A stretch of DNA of 62,816 bases, filler included, from Diploschistes diacapsis (taxonomy: Eukaryota): NCBI GenBank assembly GCA_023645945.1. It is 31 parts of 31 records of this genome, joined end to end, with 100 filler letters (N's around TTAATTAATTAA, not from the genome) between each part and the next. Parts side by side here need not be neighbours in the genome. Positions count along the whole stretch, not along the records: positions 9,879 to 30,501 come from JALAIB010000335.1; positions 30,602 to 31,910 come from JALAIB010003350.1; positions 32,011 to 33,319 come from JALAIB010003351.1; positions 33,420 to 34,727 come from JALAIB010003352.1; positions 34,828 to 36,135 come from JALAIB010003353.1; positions 36,236 to 37,543 come from JALAIB010003354.1; 25 more parts are not named here. One strand, written 5' to 3'. This document shows, piece by piece, positions 25,011-37,543 of this stretch (position 1 is the stretch's first letter; each line of letters begins with the position of its first letter). The position numbers were made by a program, and so were the translations under genes. Under the pieces are notes generated by a model. That model was not told where the DNA came from, did no database searches, and saw only the letters and a list, made by a program, of their open reading frames with translations.

Positions 25011-27176
25011 ATGACGGACCCCCAACATGCCAAGCTTAAATGGACTGCACAGTTCAAGGTCACGCCGCCGGAGCGATGTCCAACCAGTCTGCACGGTGAC
25101 AAAATACTGCTGCCCACAACAGTACTCGAGGAGCTTCTTTCAGCAGCAACGGTCACTATGATTTCAGAAGACCAAGCCCCCACTTCGCCCAACCCGTCCA
25201 ATCCCTTAGTATACGCAAACTACGCCGACAGAGCCAGAGTGATCGATCGGCACCAGAACTTGCCGCATCCGCTCATATTTCGCCTTATCAACCCCTCGAA
25301 CGGGAACGTTGTATATGCGGGAGTACGAGAGTTCACTGCGAAAGAGGAGGAAATAACTATAAGTGGATTTCTTCGTCAAATTCTCGGCTTGAACAGACAT
25401 GAAGAAGAAGAAAAGTTAACAGTGCACGTGGAAGAGCTTGCAAAAGGGACTTATACACGGTTGCGCCCCTTGGAAGCTGGCTACGATGCAGACTGGAAGC
25501 CCTTATTGGAACGCTATCTGCGCAATACCTTCACAACTTTAACCAAGGGAGAAATCATAAGTGTACCTAGCGGCTCCGAAGAATACAGGTTTCTCGTGGA
25601 CATGTTCAAACCCGATGCTGATGCAATCTGTGTCGTAGATACAGACCTTGAAGTCGATATAGAGGCGCTGGACGAAGAGCAGGCAAGAGAGACATTGAAA
25701 AAGAAGCTGCAGTTCAAAGGAGATAATTCGGAAAGTGGTGAGCTGGAACCAGGAAAAACGGTCATTGGAAGCATATCTCAGGGTGAGTATGTGGACTATA
25801 CTCTGAAGGATTGGGACCGATCCAAAGTCTTGGAACTAGAGTTGATATCCAGTGAAGACCTTGATCTTTTCGTTAGTCCTTTGACCTCTCGCCAGCGGAA
25901 CAGGCCTCGTCTAGATGAGCATGTTTTCGCTGATGTACAAGGAAATTCGAAAGCCGTGAAGCTGCAACCTACGAATGCTGAACTTGATGGAGCAGAGGAA
26001 CTTTACGTCTCGGTACACTATTGGAAATCAAGCAGAGTGGCTGGGTCGGAACCATCGCCTTTTGAGTTGAAAGTGTTTTCTGAGACCAAAGAACAAGGAA
26101 GTACGAACGAGCTAATTGGGCTTGATCAAGACGACGCGCAGTGCCACAATTGTGGTAGCTGTGTTCCCAAAAGAAGTATGGTGCTCCATGAGAACTTTTG
26201 CTATCGCAACAATGTCCGTTGTTCGCATTGCAAGTTGATCTTTCAGAAATCCTCCCAGGAATGGAAAAATCACTGGCATTGCCCTCAGGATGATGCATAT
26301 GGAGATTCCACCTACTCACACGACAAGCACGATCATCTCTTCCATGTCTTAGCAACTTGTACCCTTTGCGGATATCATGCCAAGAGCGTGACAAAGCTTG
26401 CTCAACATCGGACATCAACCTGCCCTGCAAAGACAATACTTTGCCAATTCTGCCATTTACTAGTCCCACAACAAGGCCCAGACGATCTGGATCCTAACGA
26501 TGCCGAAGTCATACTTTCAGGTCTAACACCACATGAACTGTCAGATGGTTCGAGAACAACGGAGTGTCACATGTGTAGCAAAATCATACGCCTTCGAGAT
26601 ATGGGAGTGCATCTTCGTCATCACAACTTGGAGCGTTTGGCCCGAATAACTCCACGTCTATGTCGTAACATTAATTGCGGCCGAACACTGGATGGTGTGG
26701 GCTCACGTGGCGAGATCAAAAGACAGCGACAGGACAACGACCTCGGCCTTTGTGGAGTCTGCTTTGGCCCACTTTATAATTCCGCTTATGATCCAGATAA
26801 CAAAGCCTTAAGGCGACGTGTTGAACGAAGGTACCTGACACAGTTTCTCACGGGCTGTGGCAATGATTACTGCCGGAATGAATTCTGTAAGACGGCAAGG
26901 CAATACCTTGGTCTTATGCAAATGTCATCAAAGGAGGCAATGCAGGTTGTCAAGCCGGACCTCGAAGGTATTGCATCTGGCTCGCCGCTGCGTTTCTGCG
27001 CAGATGAGCAGAGCCAAAAGCGACGATTGATCGCAAACATGCTCGCATCTGAGCTCAATGAAAAAGGGTATGACCTGCCCTGGACTGTTGCAGCTCTAGA
27101 AGCAGAAGGCGGCGATTTAAGAAACGCACGCACCTGGCTTCGGAATTGGGCTCCGACTAGGTCCGAAACTCGCTAA
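25011..27176 (+). CDS. UFD1-domain protein with zinc-finger repeats (Ufd1-like, not canonical Ufd1)
   Basis: Intact 721-aa ORF; GDKILLP..LEEL, YAGVREF, KGTYTRLRPL, LERYLR.TFTTLT, VVDTDLEVDI; many CxxC/H clusters; GCGNDYCRNEFC. Confidence 0.92.
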   Translation: MTDPQHAKLKWTAQFKVTPPERCPTSLHGDKILLPTTVLEELLSAATVTMISEDQAPTSPNPSNPLVYANYADRARVIDRHQNLPHPLIFRLINPSNGNVVYAGVREFTAKEEEITISGFLRQILGLNRHEEEEKLTVHVEELAKGTYTRLRPLEAGYDADWKPLLERYLRNTFTTLTKGEIISVPSGSEEYRFLVDMFKPDADAICVVDTDLEVDIEALDEEQARETLKKKLQFKGDNSESGELEPGKTVIGSISQGEYVDYTLKDWDRSKVLELELISSEDLDLFVSPLTSRQRNRPRLDEHVFADVQGNSKAVKLQPTNAELDGAEELYVSVHYWKSSRVAGSEPSPFELKVFSETKEQGSTNELIGLDQDDAQCHNCGSCVPKRSMVLHENFCYRNNVRCSHCKLIFQKSSQEWKNHWHCPQDDAYGDSTYSHDKHDHLFHVLATCTLCGYHAKSVTKLAQHRTSTCPAKTILCQFCHLLVPQQGPDDLDPNDAEVILSGLTPHELSDGSRTTECHMCSKIIRLRDMGVHLRHHNLERLARITPRLCRNINCGRTLDGVGSRGEIKRQRQDNDLGLCGVCFGPLYNSAYDPDNKALRRRVERRYLTQFLTGCGNDYCRNEFCKTARQYLGLMQMSSKEAMQVVKPDLEGIASGSPLRFCADEQSQKRRLIANMLASELNEKGYDLPWTVAALEAEGGDLRNARTWLRNWAPTRSETR

Positions 27177-28256
27177 CTCTGAATAAGCGCATTTCGAACT
27201 ACAAGACTGTGGTTAGTGCTGCTAGGGGGGTCAAGGTTCTCGACATCCTTAGATGGCCGACTAAACATTGGTAACGCCCGCAGATTCGGGAGCACACCCC
27301 AAGCACTCAAGACAGACTCCACCACATCTGAACCGTCGTTCAGTTGTCGAAACCTTTAAGATGTCTATCCTGATCTAGAGCACAACGGCAATATCTTCAA
27401 ACTAAGGACGAAGAGGGAAGCGCAACGTATTCACACGGCTTAGCAATCAGGTCCTCTTCTTTGCAGAACTTTCCTCATCATACGAGGCAACACATCTGTT
27501 TCGAGAGGTGAAATGTAGGACGACCATTGCGTCTTAAAATCCTGGATCGCTAAACAAATCTTAGTATTCACAAGCCTAGCAGCTTAGTTTATCATTTGAA
27601 TTGCCCGTCATCTAACATCTTGATAAGGTGATTGGACAGATAAGTTTCCGGGAATGGCATTTTTTGCACATGCACGCAAGCTTGCTTCGAACATGTCACG
27701 CTTAGAAGAGATGAACGTGCTAAGGATCATCAGGGAGTTTAGCGTGATGGTTATCCTGTTATCATCAAAGATCTTACTGATCTCCAATAAAGCGAGCCCA
27801 TGGACCTTAACACCTTTCGCTTGTGTCAAAAATATCAAGAACAGATTAGTCTTGACCCTTAGCCGTCAGAAGGATCCTTCGACTCTGGAAATACAAAATA
27901 GCTTCTTCTTTTGCTTCAAACCAGTTACTGCGCCCCCAGGCAAGATTCTGAGCCCGAATAACATCATAGCTGGCTCGTACTCTTATTATTTACTGACCCT
28001 CAAGCCAACATGCCGAGTTTAGTGAGCATGGAAAGTGTTCAAGGGAGGTGTACTGGCATCCCTTCATCCTTTCTCATACTTAACGGATTAGACAGACATG
28101 TTGCTAGTAGATTGATGAACTACAACACTTGTAGGGAAGAACACTTGCTGGGCACAGTGATTGCTCTACTGATGTGATGAACCTATGTCATCACAACATG
28201 CATTTCCAACGCATCGAAAGCTTGCCTGTATAAGGAACTACTCTAGGTTGGTAAAG

Positions 28257-29224
28257 ATGACTCAATCAACTTATAGCCCAGGTTCGCCGCCAGCCTTGTT
28301 TATTGATTACTCTGGAAAGCAGCTGTTAGTTGCAACTGTCGTCATCACGACGGTCACGACACTCTTCTTGGGAGTCCTCCGTCTCTACACTAGAACGTTA
28401 ACAACCGCCACAAGAAGCTGGGATGACTTCCTTCTGCTACAGGCATTGGTGTTGTTCTTGGCACTAGCGGTCGTGTGCTTTAGAATCTCGGTCATACTGC
28501 TTTACCTGAGGATCTTCAACAACAAAGCCGCAAAGATCGGATGCTGGATCGCGTTCACTTTTGTTATTGCCTATGGGATTATTACTATCGTAGGCGCTCA
28601 GTTACAATGCGTACCGCTACAATATGGGATAAATCGGTGGAAGGGCATTGTTTTGATATACTCGCATACTATCGCTGGACTACTATACCGAACATTCTAG
28701 CTGACGTAGCGATCCTATGTTTGCCAATTAGAACCATAGTGATGCTGTAGGCTTCCGCAAAGCGCAAGCTAGGAATAGCCTTCATCTGCCTGACCGGCGG
28801 CGCGTAGGTCTTTCAAGGATTTTTGTTTCGGCACGACTAACAAGCTCAGTGGGTTGATAGCATCTTGCGTTCGAGCATATCTATTCTTTGCTCTGAGTGA
28901 TATGATTGAGAGCAACCCACCCTGTAGGTATATATCATCCCCTTGAAGCCCGTGCTGAGTAAATCAGAGGTTGCTAGTCCACTTCTCATACAAACTGTAG
29001 TGGAGACAGGAACGTGTCTCTGCGCAGCCTGCCTGATCAGCTTCCGACCTCTATATAAGCAGATTCCTAATTGGATTAGAAGAAACGTCTTCCGAAGCGC
29101 AGCCGATTCAAGTTCAATAGGATATTCGATTGTAAAAAGCCAGACGCGAAGCAACTTATCAGAATATGCCGAGCTAGATGATGTTCGAGGGGTCAAGTCT
29201 GGCGAGCAGCAGTTTAATATATAA
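28257..29224 (+). pseudogene. PTH11-like (rhodopsin-fold) integral membrane protein pseudogene
   Basis: LRLYTR..WDD, RISVILLYLRIF, QCVP, WDKSVEGHC, NILADVAILCLPI, ETGTCLCAACL; TM2-3 region deleted, frameshift near 28620, TAG at 28748. Confidence 0.85.
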
Positions 29225-29810
29225 TCAAGGTCGTCGACCCATGGCAAGCCCATATCTGTTATAGATTCTTGAGATGCTTTGATAATCTTCTATTTAGTTT
29301 TTATAATAGCTTTAATGGTATAATTCAAAGCTGTTGACACATTCGACATACATGAACGGCATACATGAACGGCACACATGCACCCTCGGCGCAGACTATA
29401 TACATGTCCTATGTTTAAAGACCTGGGGCAGCAGACCTTGGCAAAGAATCCCAACGTGAGTATTGACTAAGCAAAGGGACAGTGGAGGCGACAATTAGAT
29501 GCTAAGTGAGTTCCATAATTCCTTTTCTACCCCATTAGGTTACCAAGCCTGGAATTAAAGAATATTTGGGGTGACAGCAGTGGGAGTTGAATTCACGATT
29601 CTACAGACCCTTTTAAAGGTCTGTTAGTAATCATTTTCACCATTCGACCATGCCGCAATGTATTTTCTTTATATTCCGTAATTAAATAAATAAACATTCT
29701 TTATATTTACTTTTATTTCGTTTACGTTTTACCTTAATCAATACCTCCTATCTCCTTATAAAGAAAGAAACCATAACAGAATTCCTGGGGCAATTCGGGA
29801 GCACCACCTG

Positions 29811-30403
29811 TGTAACGCCCAAAGGTGCGCCCTGGGGTTCAGGTCCCCCTGCTGCCACAGCCACGCACCTACATATAGTGTAATAGGGAAACAGTGCTTC
29901 GGGGTTCCTAAAAGCATTATGTTAATCTTTTAACTCAGTGGGATAGCGCTACCCTATTAGGCACTACCCCCGCTGTTACAGTTATGCTTTCATTCCCCAA
30001 ATCGTTGGTTCGAGCACAAGATTAATCACCTGTACAGTCGAACTTGTTACGCTACGGCTGAGCCCTACGGGGTCACATAAGAACATACGATTAATCCCAG
30101 ATGCGGCTAAATAACCCCGCCTCTGAGTCCATAACGTAGGTGTTAAAAACGGCTTAAGATATCTAACATACTCGAAACGCTATATAAGACGTAATAAATA
30201 TTAAGGGCCAGCACTATAGGGAGGGGAAATAATTATAACGCCTAAAGATGCGCCCTGAGGTTCAGGTCCCCCTGCTGCCACAGCCACGTACCTATATATA
30301 ATATAATAAGGAAACAGTGCTTCGGGGTTTTTGAAAGCATTATGTTAATCTTTTGGCTTAGTGGGATAATGTTACCCTATTAGGCACTACCCCCGCTGTT
30401 ATA
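29811..30403 (+). mobile_element. TRIM-like element copy 1 (170-bp LTRs 29811-29980 and 30234-30403)
   Basis: Direct repeats TGTAACG...TGTTACA flanking a 253-bp non-coding core with PPT AGGGAGGGGAAA; no TSD recognised. Confidence 0.88.
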
Positions 30404-30467
30404 ATATCTAATATATATTTTATAGAGTTATCGCTTTTATAGGGCTGTAAATTATAAATATTACGAT

Positions 30468-30501
30468 TAGGCTGGCCGTTGCGTGCCACGGTCACTGATA
30501 C
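30468..30501. mobile_element. Terminus of the hAT-like element family
   Basis: TAGGCTGGCCGTTGCGTGCCACGGTCACTG is the reverse complement of the right end at 45670-45701. Confidence 0.8.
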
Positions 30502-32304
30502 NNNNNNNNNNNNNNNNNNNNNNNNNNNNNNNNNNNNNNNNNNNNTTAATTAATTAANNNNNNNNNNNNNNNNNNNNNNNNNNNNNNNNNNNNNNNNNNN
30601 NCGTATAAACAAAATATATTAATATACGCATATCCGTCTAACTCAAAAGTCCGTATCTTAAAATTAATCGTTAAGTTATAAATATTCAGCCATAAATTCC
30701 TTAAAATAGCGTCGTATTCTGTCATCTCGATAATAATAAAAATAAGTTTTTAATATGCCTACGGATCCGGACTATTAACGAAATCGTACGTCTAATAATC
30801 TATTAAGCATTACGATCCGTTACGGTTCCGAATGTAAATTTTCTTTCAAGTTCGCAATTTTTCATCTTCAATCGTTATACATATTCGGCTATAATAACGT
30901 TTATTTCGATATATAAATCGATTAGTGTCCGTATGACATATCGATCTAATCCGACCTCGAAAATAATTTAAATTCGTCGTTTTAAAACCCGCGTGCCTGA
31001 CACGGGACCGGCATGTGGTCCTGATAGGATTAGATAGGCTTGGCGTTGCTTAGGCCAAGAGGCCATAGTCTTTTGAAGGGGCCCATCCTCTTCTATCAAT
31101 ACAATCTATCCACCAAACCATGTCCTTATTACATTAATAGCAACTTTTAGTTGTCGATCCATTTGTCCCGGGTTGAACATCAGATTACTTGTAATTATTT
31201 CTTTAAACAAAAGCTTTTAATACTTTTACAATAAGATTTAACCTACTAACACTCACCAGCCTCCCACCAAGCTTTTTTTTCGTGATTTTTTTGTCATAAC
31301 CAGAGCTTTTGACCACCATTAAAACACCCTTTTACTTTACCTTTAAGACCGTAAATTAGTCATTATTTAAATATCTATTTGCTTCGCTTTAAGCTATATC
31401 TTTTATATAACAGATTTTGTCCTTCTACATCGCTTTTAAAGCTAGATTTAAATTCGGATATATAACAGTTCCGACAGTCAACCAGCACGACATCTTTAAA
31501 ACTTATCAACTCGACTATTTCGATAAAATTAGTCATCATTAGAAAACAGAACTCGGACCGATTAAACACCTAATAAATTAAATGAAGAATATATAAAGAA
31601 AACCAGCGGTAATTTCTCACCTTAATAAAGCTTACCACCAGCATATAGAACCATTAATAGTATCATTCCGTTCTAGATATACTAATTCAGATCTTTTCGC
31701 TATCGATCCATTTTCTAGTCAATAACTGAACCTATATTTATCTAAATGGGCTATTAAGCTGCCAAAGCTCCGACAAACTATTAAAAAGTTCAGAACTACA
31801 ATTCAACCGCTGTTCTAACGTTCTAAAAGCTCTAAAGATCTATCATTTTCACCATTTTTGCCGAAGTCGGTTAAAAAAAAAGAATAAATAAAAGTAGGTA
31901 AAGATAGAAGNNNNNNNNNNNNNNNNNNNNNNNNNNNNNNNNNNNNNNNNNNNNTTAATTAATTAANNNNNNNNNNNNNNNNNNNNNNNNNNNNNNNNNN
32001 NNNNNNNNNNATTATGGTGAGCGTAATCGCGAAATAAGGCTTTTTTTTTAATAGTTTAGTCACGTTTAATAAATTTTGAAAATACTTTATTTGATATACT
32101 AACAGATGCTTTGTTATAATTAAATAAATGGATAAAAGATTCTTTTACGATTATAAATTATTTCTTATAAAAACTTTCTTATTAAATAAAAAACTTAACA
32201 TATCCCTATTAGTAAAGAAAGGAATTCCCGTTATATTAAACTTGAAAACGGGATATTAATAAAAAAAGTATTTATACTCGTAATGGAAATTAATATATTC
32301 TAAC

Positions 32305-33319
32305 ATCACACCCGGCTCCTAGACGTACTGCGAGCGAAAGGACTCCCCAAATGGATGGTAAACTGGACGGCAGCTTTTCTGCAAGAACGACGGACCACGT
32401 TATGTTTCCAGGACGAAGAGACCTCACCCCGAAAGGTTACCGCTGGGGTCCCGCAGGGTTCGCCGTTATCGGTTATTTTATTTCTTTTATATAATTCTAT
32501 CTTAATGGAAATGTACGAGGATAAAAGACTTCGAATAACGGATATAGGATTTACGAACGATCTAAATTTTACCGCTTACGATTTAATAACGAAAAATAAT
32601 TACGTCGCGCTCGAGGAACTACACGACCGATTAATTAAAAAAACGAAAAAATTTAAATTCGCGTTCGCCCCTTAAAAATACGAGTTAATTTATTTTATAA
32701 AAAAAAGGAAACGTTATAATATAACGGCCACGTTATAAATAAAAAACGATATCTTATTATTTACGATTTACGTAAAGATACTTAAAATTATTATCGATAT
32801 AAAACTTAAATAAAAAAAATATTTACGGAAAGTAAAAGATAAAATGAACGAAACGCACGCGGCGTTAACGCGGATCGCGATATTAACGTAAAAAATATTT
32901 TTACGGAACGCGCGTTAAATATATTACGTAAAAATAAGAACGAATATGTTATACGAAAATAAAATATAAGCGGAATCGTGGCGGTTTAAATCCGAAAAAA
33001 AAAATTCGAGCGTTTTTAAAATCGTACATTCCGTATAATTACGGGAACGTATAAATTAACCCCGATTACGAATTTAAAAATCGAGATTTATATATTCTCG
33101 ACGGATCTTTATTTAGCCGATATAACGACGCGTATTTACCGGAAACTTGAAACCAACGAAATAATAACGGAAATTAAAAAACGATATATAACGATAACGA
33201 AAAGATTACTACTAAAACGAGAACGGAAAACGGAAATTAAACCGACGTTAACCCAACTTCGGGCGATATAAATAAACGAAAAAAAAAGAAGAAAAAGGAA
33301 TAAAAGAATAAATAAAAAA
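32305..33319 (+). mobile_element. 5'-truncated Tad1-like LINE reverse transcriptase, RIP'd
   Basis: RLLDVLRAKGLP.W.VNW..FLQERRT...GVPQGSPLSVILFLLY...GFTNDL (FADD-like). Confidence 0.9.
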
Positions 33320-33439
33320 NNNNNNNNNNNNNNNNNNNNNNNNNNNNNNNNNNNNNNNNNNNNTTAATTAATTAANNNNNNNNNNNNNNNNNNNNNNNNN
33401 NNNNNNNNNNNNNNNNNNNTACCGTTATAAAAAACTTTT

Positions 33440-33720
33440 CATTTCGAATTTAATAATAAACAGGAGTATAAAATCGAGACGATAATTCGTTATCGGGACG
33501 GTAAATATCTCGTTAAATAAAAAGAATATCTAGAGTCGGCTATAACTTAAAAATTTAAAAAAAATCTCGAACATTATAAAAAGAAATTAATCAAGTTTTA
33601 CAAAATTAATAGACCGGGTATCACGGACGAATAAAATTAAAATTATCGAATTCGAGGAATATACACATACCTATTATAAAAATGGGACGAGAAATAGGTT
33701 AAATTAAAAGGGAGATATTA
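33440..33720 (+). mobile_element. Chromoviral integrase chromodomain and PPT, RIP'd
   Basis: EYKIETIIRYRDGKYLVK*KEY..SAIT*; AAAAGGGAGA purine tract at about 33707. Confidence 0.7.
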
Positions 33721-33759
33721 TAACCATTTTTTCTAGTTCCGGACCAAACAATCCTACAT

Positions 33760-34139
33760 TGTTATGATCTCTATCTCCACAAAGTAGACACGAGGTATTG
33801 ATCAAAGATTTAACTCGTAGCGCAAAAGGAATGTTGAAGAAAATCAAATAAAATAAATTAGTATATAAATTATACTATCTCGAAAGAGAATATAAGCTGA
33901 TAAAAAATATTAATATAAATTAATCTATCTAATAAGATAGTATAAGGTCTAAACACGCCAGGACTTATAAAAATTATAACCGCGTCCTTATATAGACTCC
34001 TCTGACAGCCAACCCACAAGCAGCAGCTGTCAAAACCCGAGCTGTCAGTCACGTGACCCGTGTCACCGTGATTGGTCTATATACAACGAATGGCTGGGAC
34101 GTGCCAAGTCAGCTACCCGTAGTGACTTGAATCGTAACA
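33760..34139 (-). repeat. Solo LTR (family A-related) with 5-bp TSD TACAT/CACAT
   Basis: Termini TGTTATG...CGTAACA; flanks differ by one RIP-type C>T. Confidence 0.75.
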
Positions 34140-35058
34140 CACATTCTCAGAAGCATGGGAAGAAAAAGATATTTAAGAATCCATCTTTATTTACTTTTAT
34201 AAACATTTCGCTTAAGCCAGCGAGCGACTTACTATTAATTTAAGAATTTTGCGAGAACGATAAACTTTTCGTAAACGAGCTAGCCGTTTTTGACGTATTT
34301 TGCGAAGTTACTTTACTAATTTAAAAAAAGAATCTTCTAGTTCCGTTTCTTTTTCTTTTTCTTTTATAAACGTTTCTGTTTCCGCGGCGATCTTTTTACG
34401 GATATTAAATATTACTTAATCAGTTACCTCTTAAAAAATATTAATATAATTCGAACGGTGAAGCTCCACATATTTATCGCAACGGATATAACCAACCATT
34501 TTAAAATAAACGTTTATAAAGGAACAACGGGTGCAAAAATTAAAAAAAAAAGAAACCGTAAAAACGAATCTTAATAATTAGACGTTTATTTTTCTTTATC
34601 GAAAGAAAACATATTCTTTAAAAAAACGAAGATAGATTTTTTATATATTTATATTATTACCGGAGGAGTTGTCGGGCCGACAAACCTAAAGAAAAAAAAT
34701 AATATTACGATCTAAATACATTTAATANNNNNNNNNNNNNNNNNNNNNNNNNNNNNNNNNNNNNNNNNNNNTTAATTAATTAANNNNNNNNNNNNNNNNN
34801 NNNNNNNNNNNNNNNNNNNNNNNNNNNAAATAGAAGTTTAGTTTGTTTAATTATTTTATAACTCCCGTTATCCGTGATCTGTTTTTAGTATAACGAATGG
34901 TTGGGATGTGTTAAGTAGACTTCTTTAGGTTATTTAGATCGTAATATTACTTCTTTCTTTTAACCTTATTGGCCCGATAAGTCACCGAAGGGTCCAATAT
35001 AAATATTAAGTAAAAAAGAATCTTAAATCGTAAACTAATAATGTCTTCTTTATTTTCG

Positions 35059-35632
35059 CGTAACAGCGGGGGTAAGTGCCTAATAGGTAGCGCTATCCCA
35101 CTGAGCCAAAAGATTAACCACAATGCTTTCAAGGAACCCCGAAGCACTGTTTCCCTATTACATTGTATGTGGGTGCGTAGCTGTGGTAACGGAGGATTTG
35201 TGACCCTGTAGGTCATAGCTATCTCCTTTTCCTATAGTGCTGGCCCCTAGCATCTACCGCGTTTCATATAGCACCCCGGGCATATTAAATATTTTAAATC
35301 GTTTCTAACATTTACGTTATAGATTCAGAGGCGGCGTTCGATAACCGTAAATAGAACGATTTATCGTATATTTTAATGTAACGTATTTTCGTAAAATACG
35401 TTCAACCGTAGCGCAGTAAATTCGATACATTACCCCGTGCTCGAAATAAATGACCTCAGGAATGAAAGCATGATTATAACAGCGGGAGTAGGTGTTTAAT
35501 AGGTAGCGCTATCCTATTGAATTAAAAAACTACTCACAATACTTTCAAGAACCCCCAAGCACTGTTTCCCTATCACACTATATATAGGTGCACAGCTCTC
35601 GCAGCGGGGGATCTACGACCCTGTAGATCACA
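35059..35632 (-). mobile_element. TRIM-like element copy 2 (subfamily with a different LTR 5' end), TSD TTTCG
   Basis: Two roughly 158-bp direct repeats; TTTCG at 35054-35058 and 35633-35637. Confidence 0.88.
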
Positions 35633-36069
35633 TTTCGATTTTAATAATTTAATTTAATTTAATTTATTACTTCTTATAATCGTCGTCGTGTTACGAAACG
35701 TATTAAACTTCGAAAAGAATTTTATAATATCGTTTATAATTATTATATTTTCGACGAAGTAATTTATGTTCAGATATGGTTTAATAAAAGAAGGTTAACC
35801 TACGATAAATAACGTATTTAACGGTCATCTCGGCCACTTCTGCCAAGAGATATTTTAAATCTTTAATAACTCTTCGAATTTAATGGTTATTTTTGATTTT
35901 TTCCCGAAATACTACTATTAACTCAATCATCTATCATAACCGAAAAGTGCACATTGATTATGGCAGCAGTTATTTTTTTAAAGCGAATTAAAAATAACAA
36001 CTCGAAAACACGTATTATTTTATCTTCAAAATCGGTTATAACGTAGCAAAACATATATTTTTTTAAAAA

Positions 36070-36125
36070 ACGTGTTTGACGGGGAAGTGGGCCACCCTCA
36101 GAAGTGGGCCACTTTTGCCAAGATA
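36070..36125 (+). mobile_element. pogo/Fot1-type TIR (ACGTGTTTGACGGGGAAG...GGCCAC)
   Basis: Reverse complement of 54977-55020; a degenerate copy lies near 35811. Confidence 0.7.
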
Positions 36126-36259
36126 TATATTAAATNNNNNNNNNNNNNNNNNNNNNNNNNNNNNNNNNNNNNNNNNNNNTTAATTAATTAANNNNNNNNN
36201 NNNNNNNNNNNNNNNNNNNNNNNNNNNNNNNNNNNTATTTATTCTTCAGGGTATTTAAG

Positions 36260-36714
36260 TGTTATAATTTTTATTTATACAAGATATACACGAGTAAAAT
36301 TAAAATAGGTTTAATTTCTATTAAAAAAGAAGTATAATAAAAAAAAAAGATAAAATAGTTATAAATCTTAAACTATCTTTAAAAAGAAAGTTTTTTAATA
36401 ATAAAAGTAACGAATATAAAATAATCTCGAATAATAATTAAAGATATTTATAAAAATAAACACGTCCTTTTTCACGAATATAAAATCGTGTTTATATATA
36501 ATTAATTTATTCGCCGTTTACCGTATATTTAACGAGCGGTATTCTCGAAACTTACCGTTTATAAGAATAAACGCGATTATCGAGCGGTAACGAAAGCTTG
36601 CTCGCCGTTTACGAGAATGAGCGCGAGCAGTGAACGCATCACGTGACCCCTGGTCCCGTGACTGACCTATATATAAAGCTGGGACGTGCCAAGTCTGGTA
36701 CTTGGATCGTAACA
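36260..36714 (-). repeat. LTR family A (455 bp)
   Basis: Near-identical to 2916-3370. Confidence 0.85.
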
Positions 36715-37543
36715 TGTTGTTGTCGATATTAAGACTTTAAATCGGGTGTTTGAAAGAAATATTTACTCGATGTTAAATTAGTTAAACATATTAAACGCTA
36801 TCAAAGGATCGGCTTTCATATCGGTAATAAATGTTGCTTAGTTCTTTTACCAATTTTAAACGAAAGAAAAGTACCGATACAGATTGATGGTGGTATCTTA
36901 TCGGGATTAAGAGACATTTAAAGTACCGGTTATAGGATATAAGAATACGCCTGCTTTTATATAGCGTATCATAAACAACTTATTAAGAGACCTGCGATCC
37001 TTCTATCGCGTTTATTAAGACGATATCGTGATCTATTTAGCTACGTTCAAAAAGCATATAAACCATTTATATAAAATCTTCGCTCGATTAGACTTTATTA
37101 ATCTAACGCTGTCCTTAAAAAAGTCTTTCCTGATTTTCTTTTCTATAAAGCTATTAAGTTAGAAAATAAACGGATTTGAATTGATCACGTTCGAAGATAA
37201 ATTTAAAATAATTACGGAACTTAACTTTTCAACAACTTTATCGTAGTTAAAATTCTATATCGGTTTAACAGATTATATACGTAAATATATTCCTTATTAT
37301 ACTGCGATAGTCGAACCGCTTGAGAAACGTAAGGCTATACTTAATCAAGAATTCAAATCCCGGAGCCAGAAGTCCGGAGATCCTACTTAAAAAAATAAAC
37401 GCAAATCTGCAGCGAAAAAGCAGAAACTAGAAGAACTTATAAAAAAAAAATTTGGCTTTTAATCAGCTAAGAGAAACCTTCGTTAAATTTATTTTATTAA
37501 TACATCTAGATCGGAAACGTCGTTTTTACGGAAATATCGATAT
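36715..37543 (+). mobile_element. RIP-degenerate Ty3/gypsy reverse transcriptase
   Basis: VVDIKTLN, FFYQF, VPVIGYKNTPAF, VY*DDIVIY, FYIGLTDYIRKYIPYY motifs. Confidence 0.9.

Noticed and set aside
27200..28100. Further degraded gene remnants (also 17450-18400)
   Set aside because: Only short frames with no motif I can identify
29995..30020. GGTTCGAG B-box or tRNA-like motif in the TRIM core (Cassandra-like Pol III element)
   Set aside because: No A box, cloverleaf or 5S similarity recognisable, and the minus-strand copy differs
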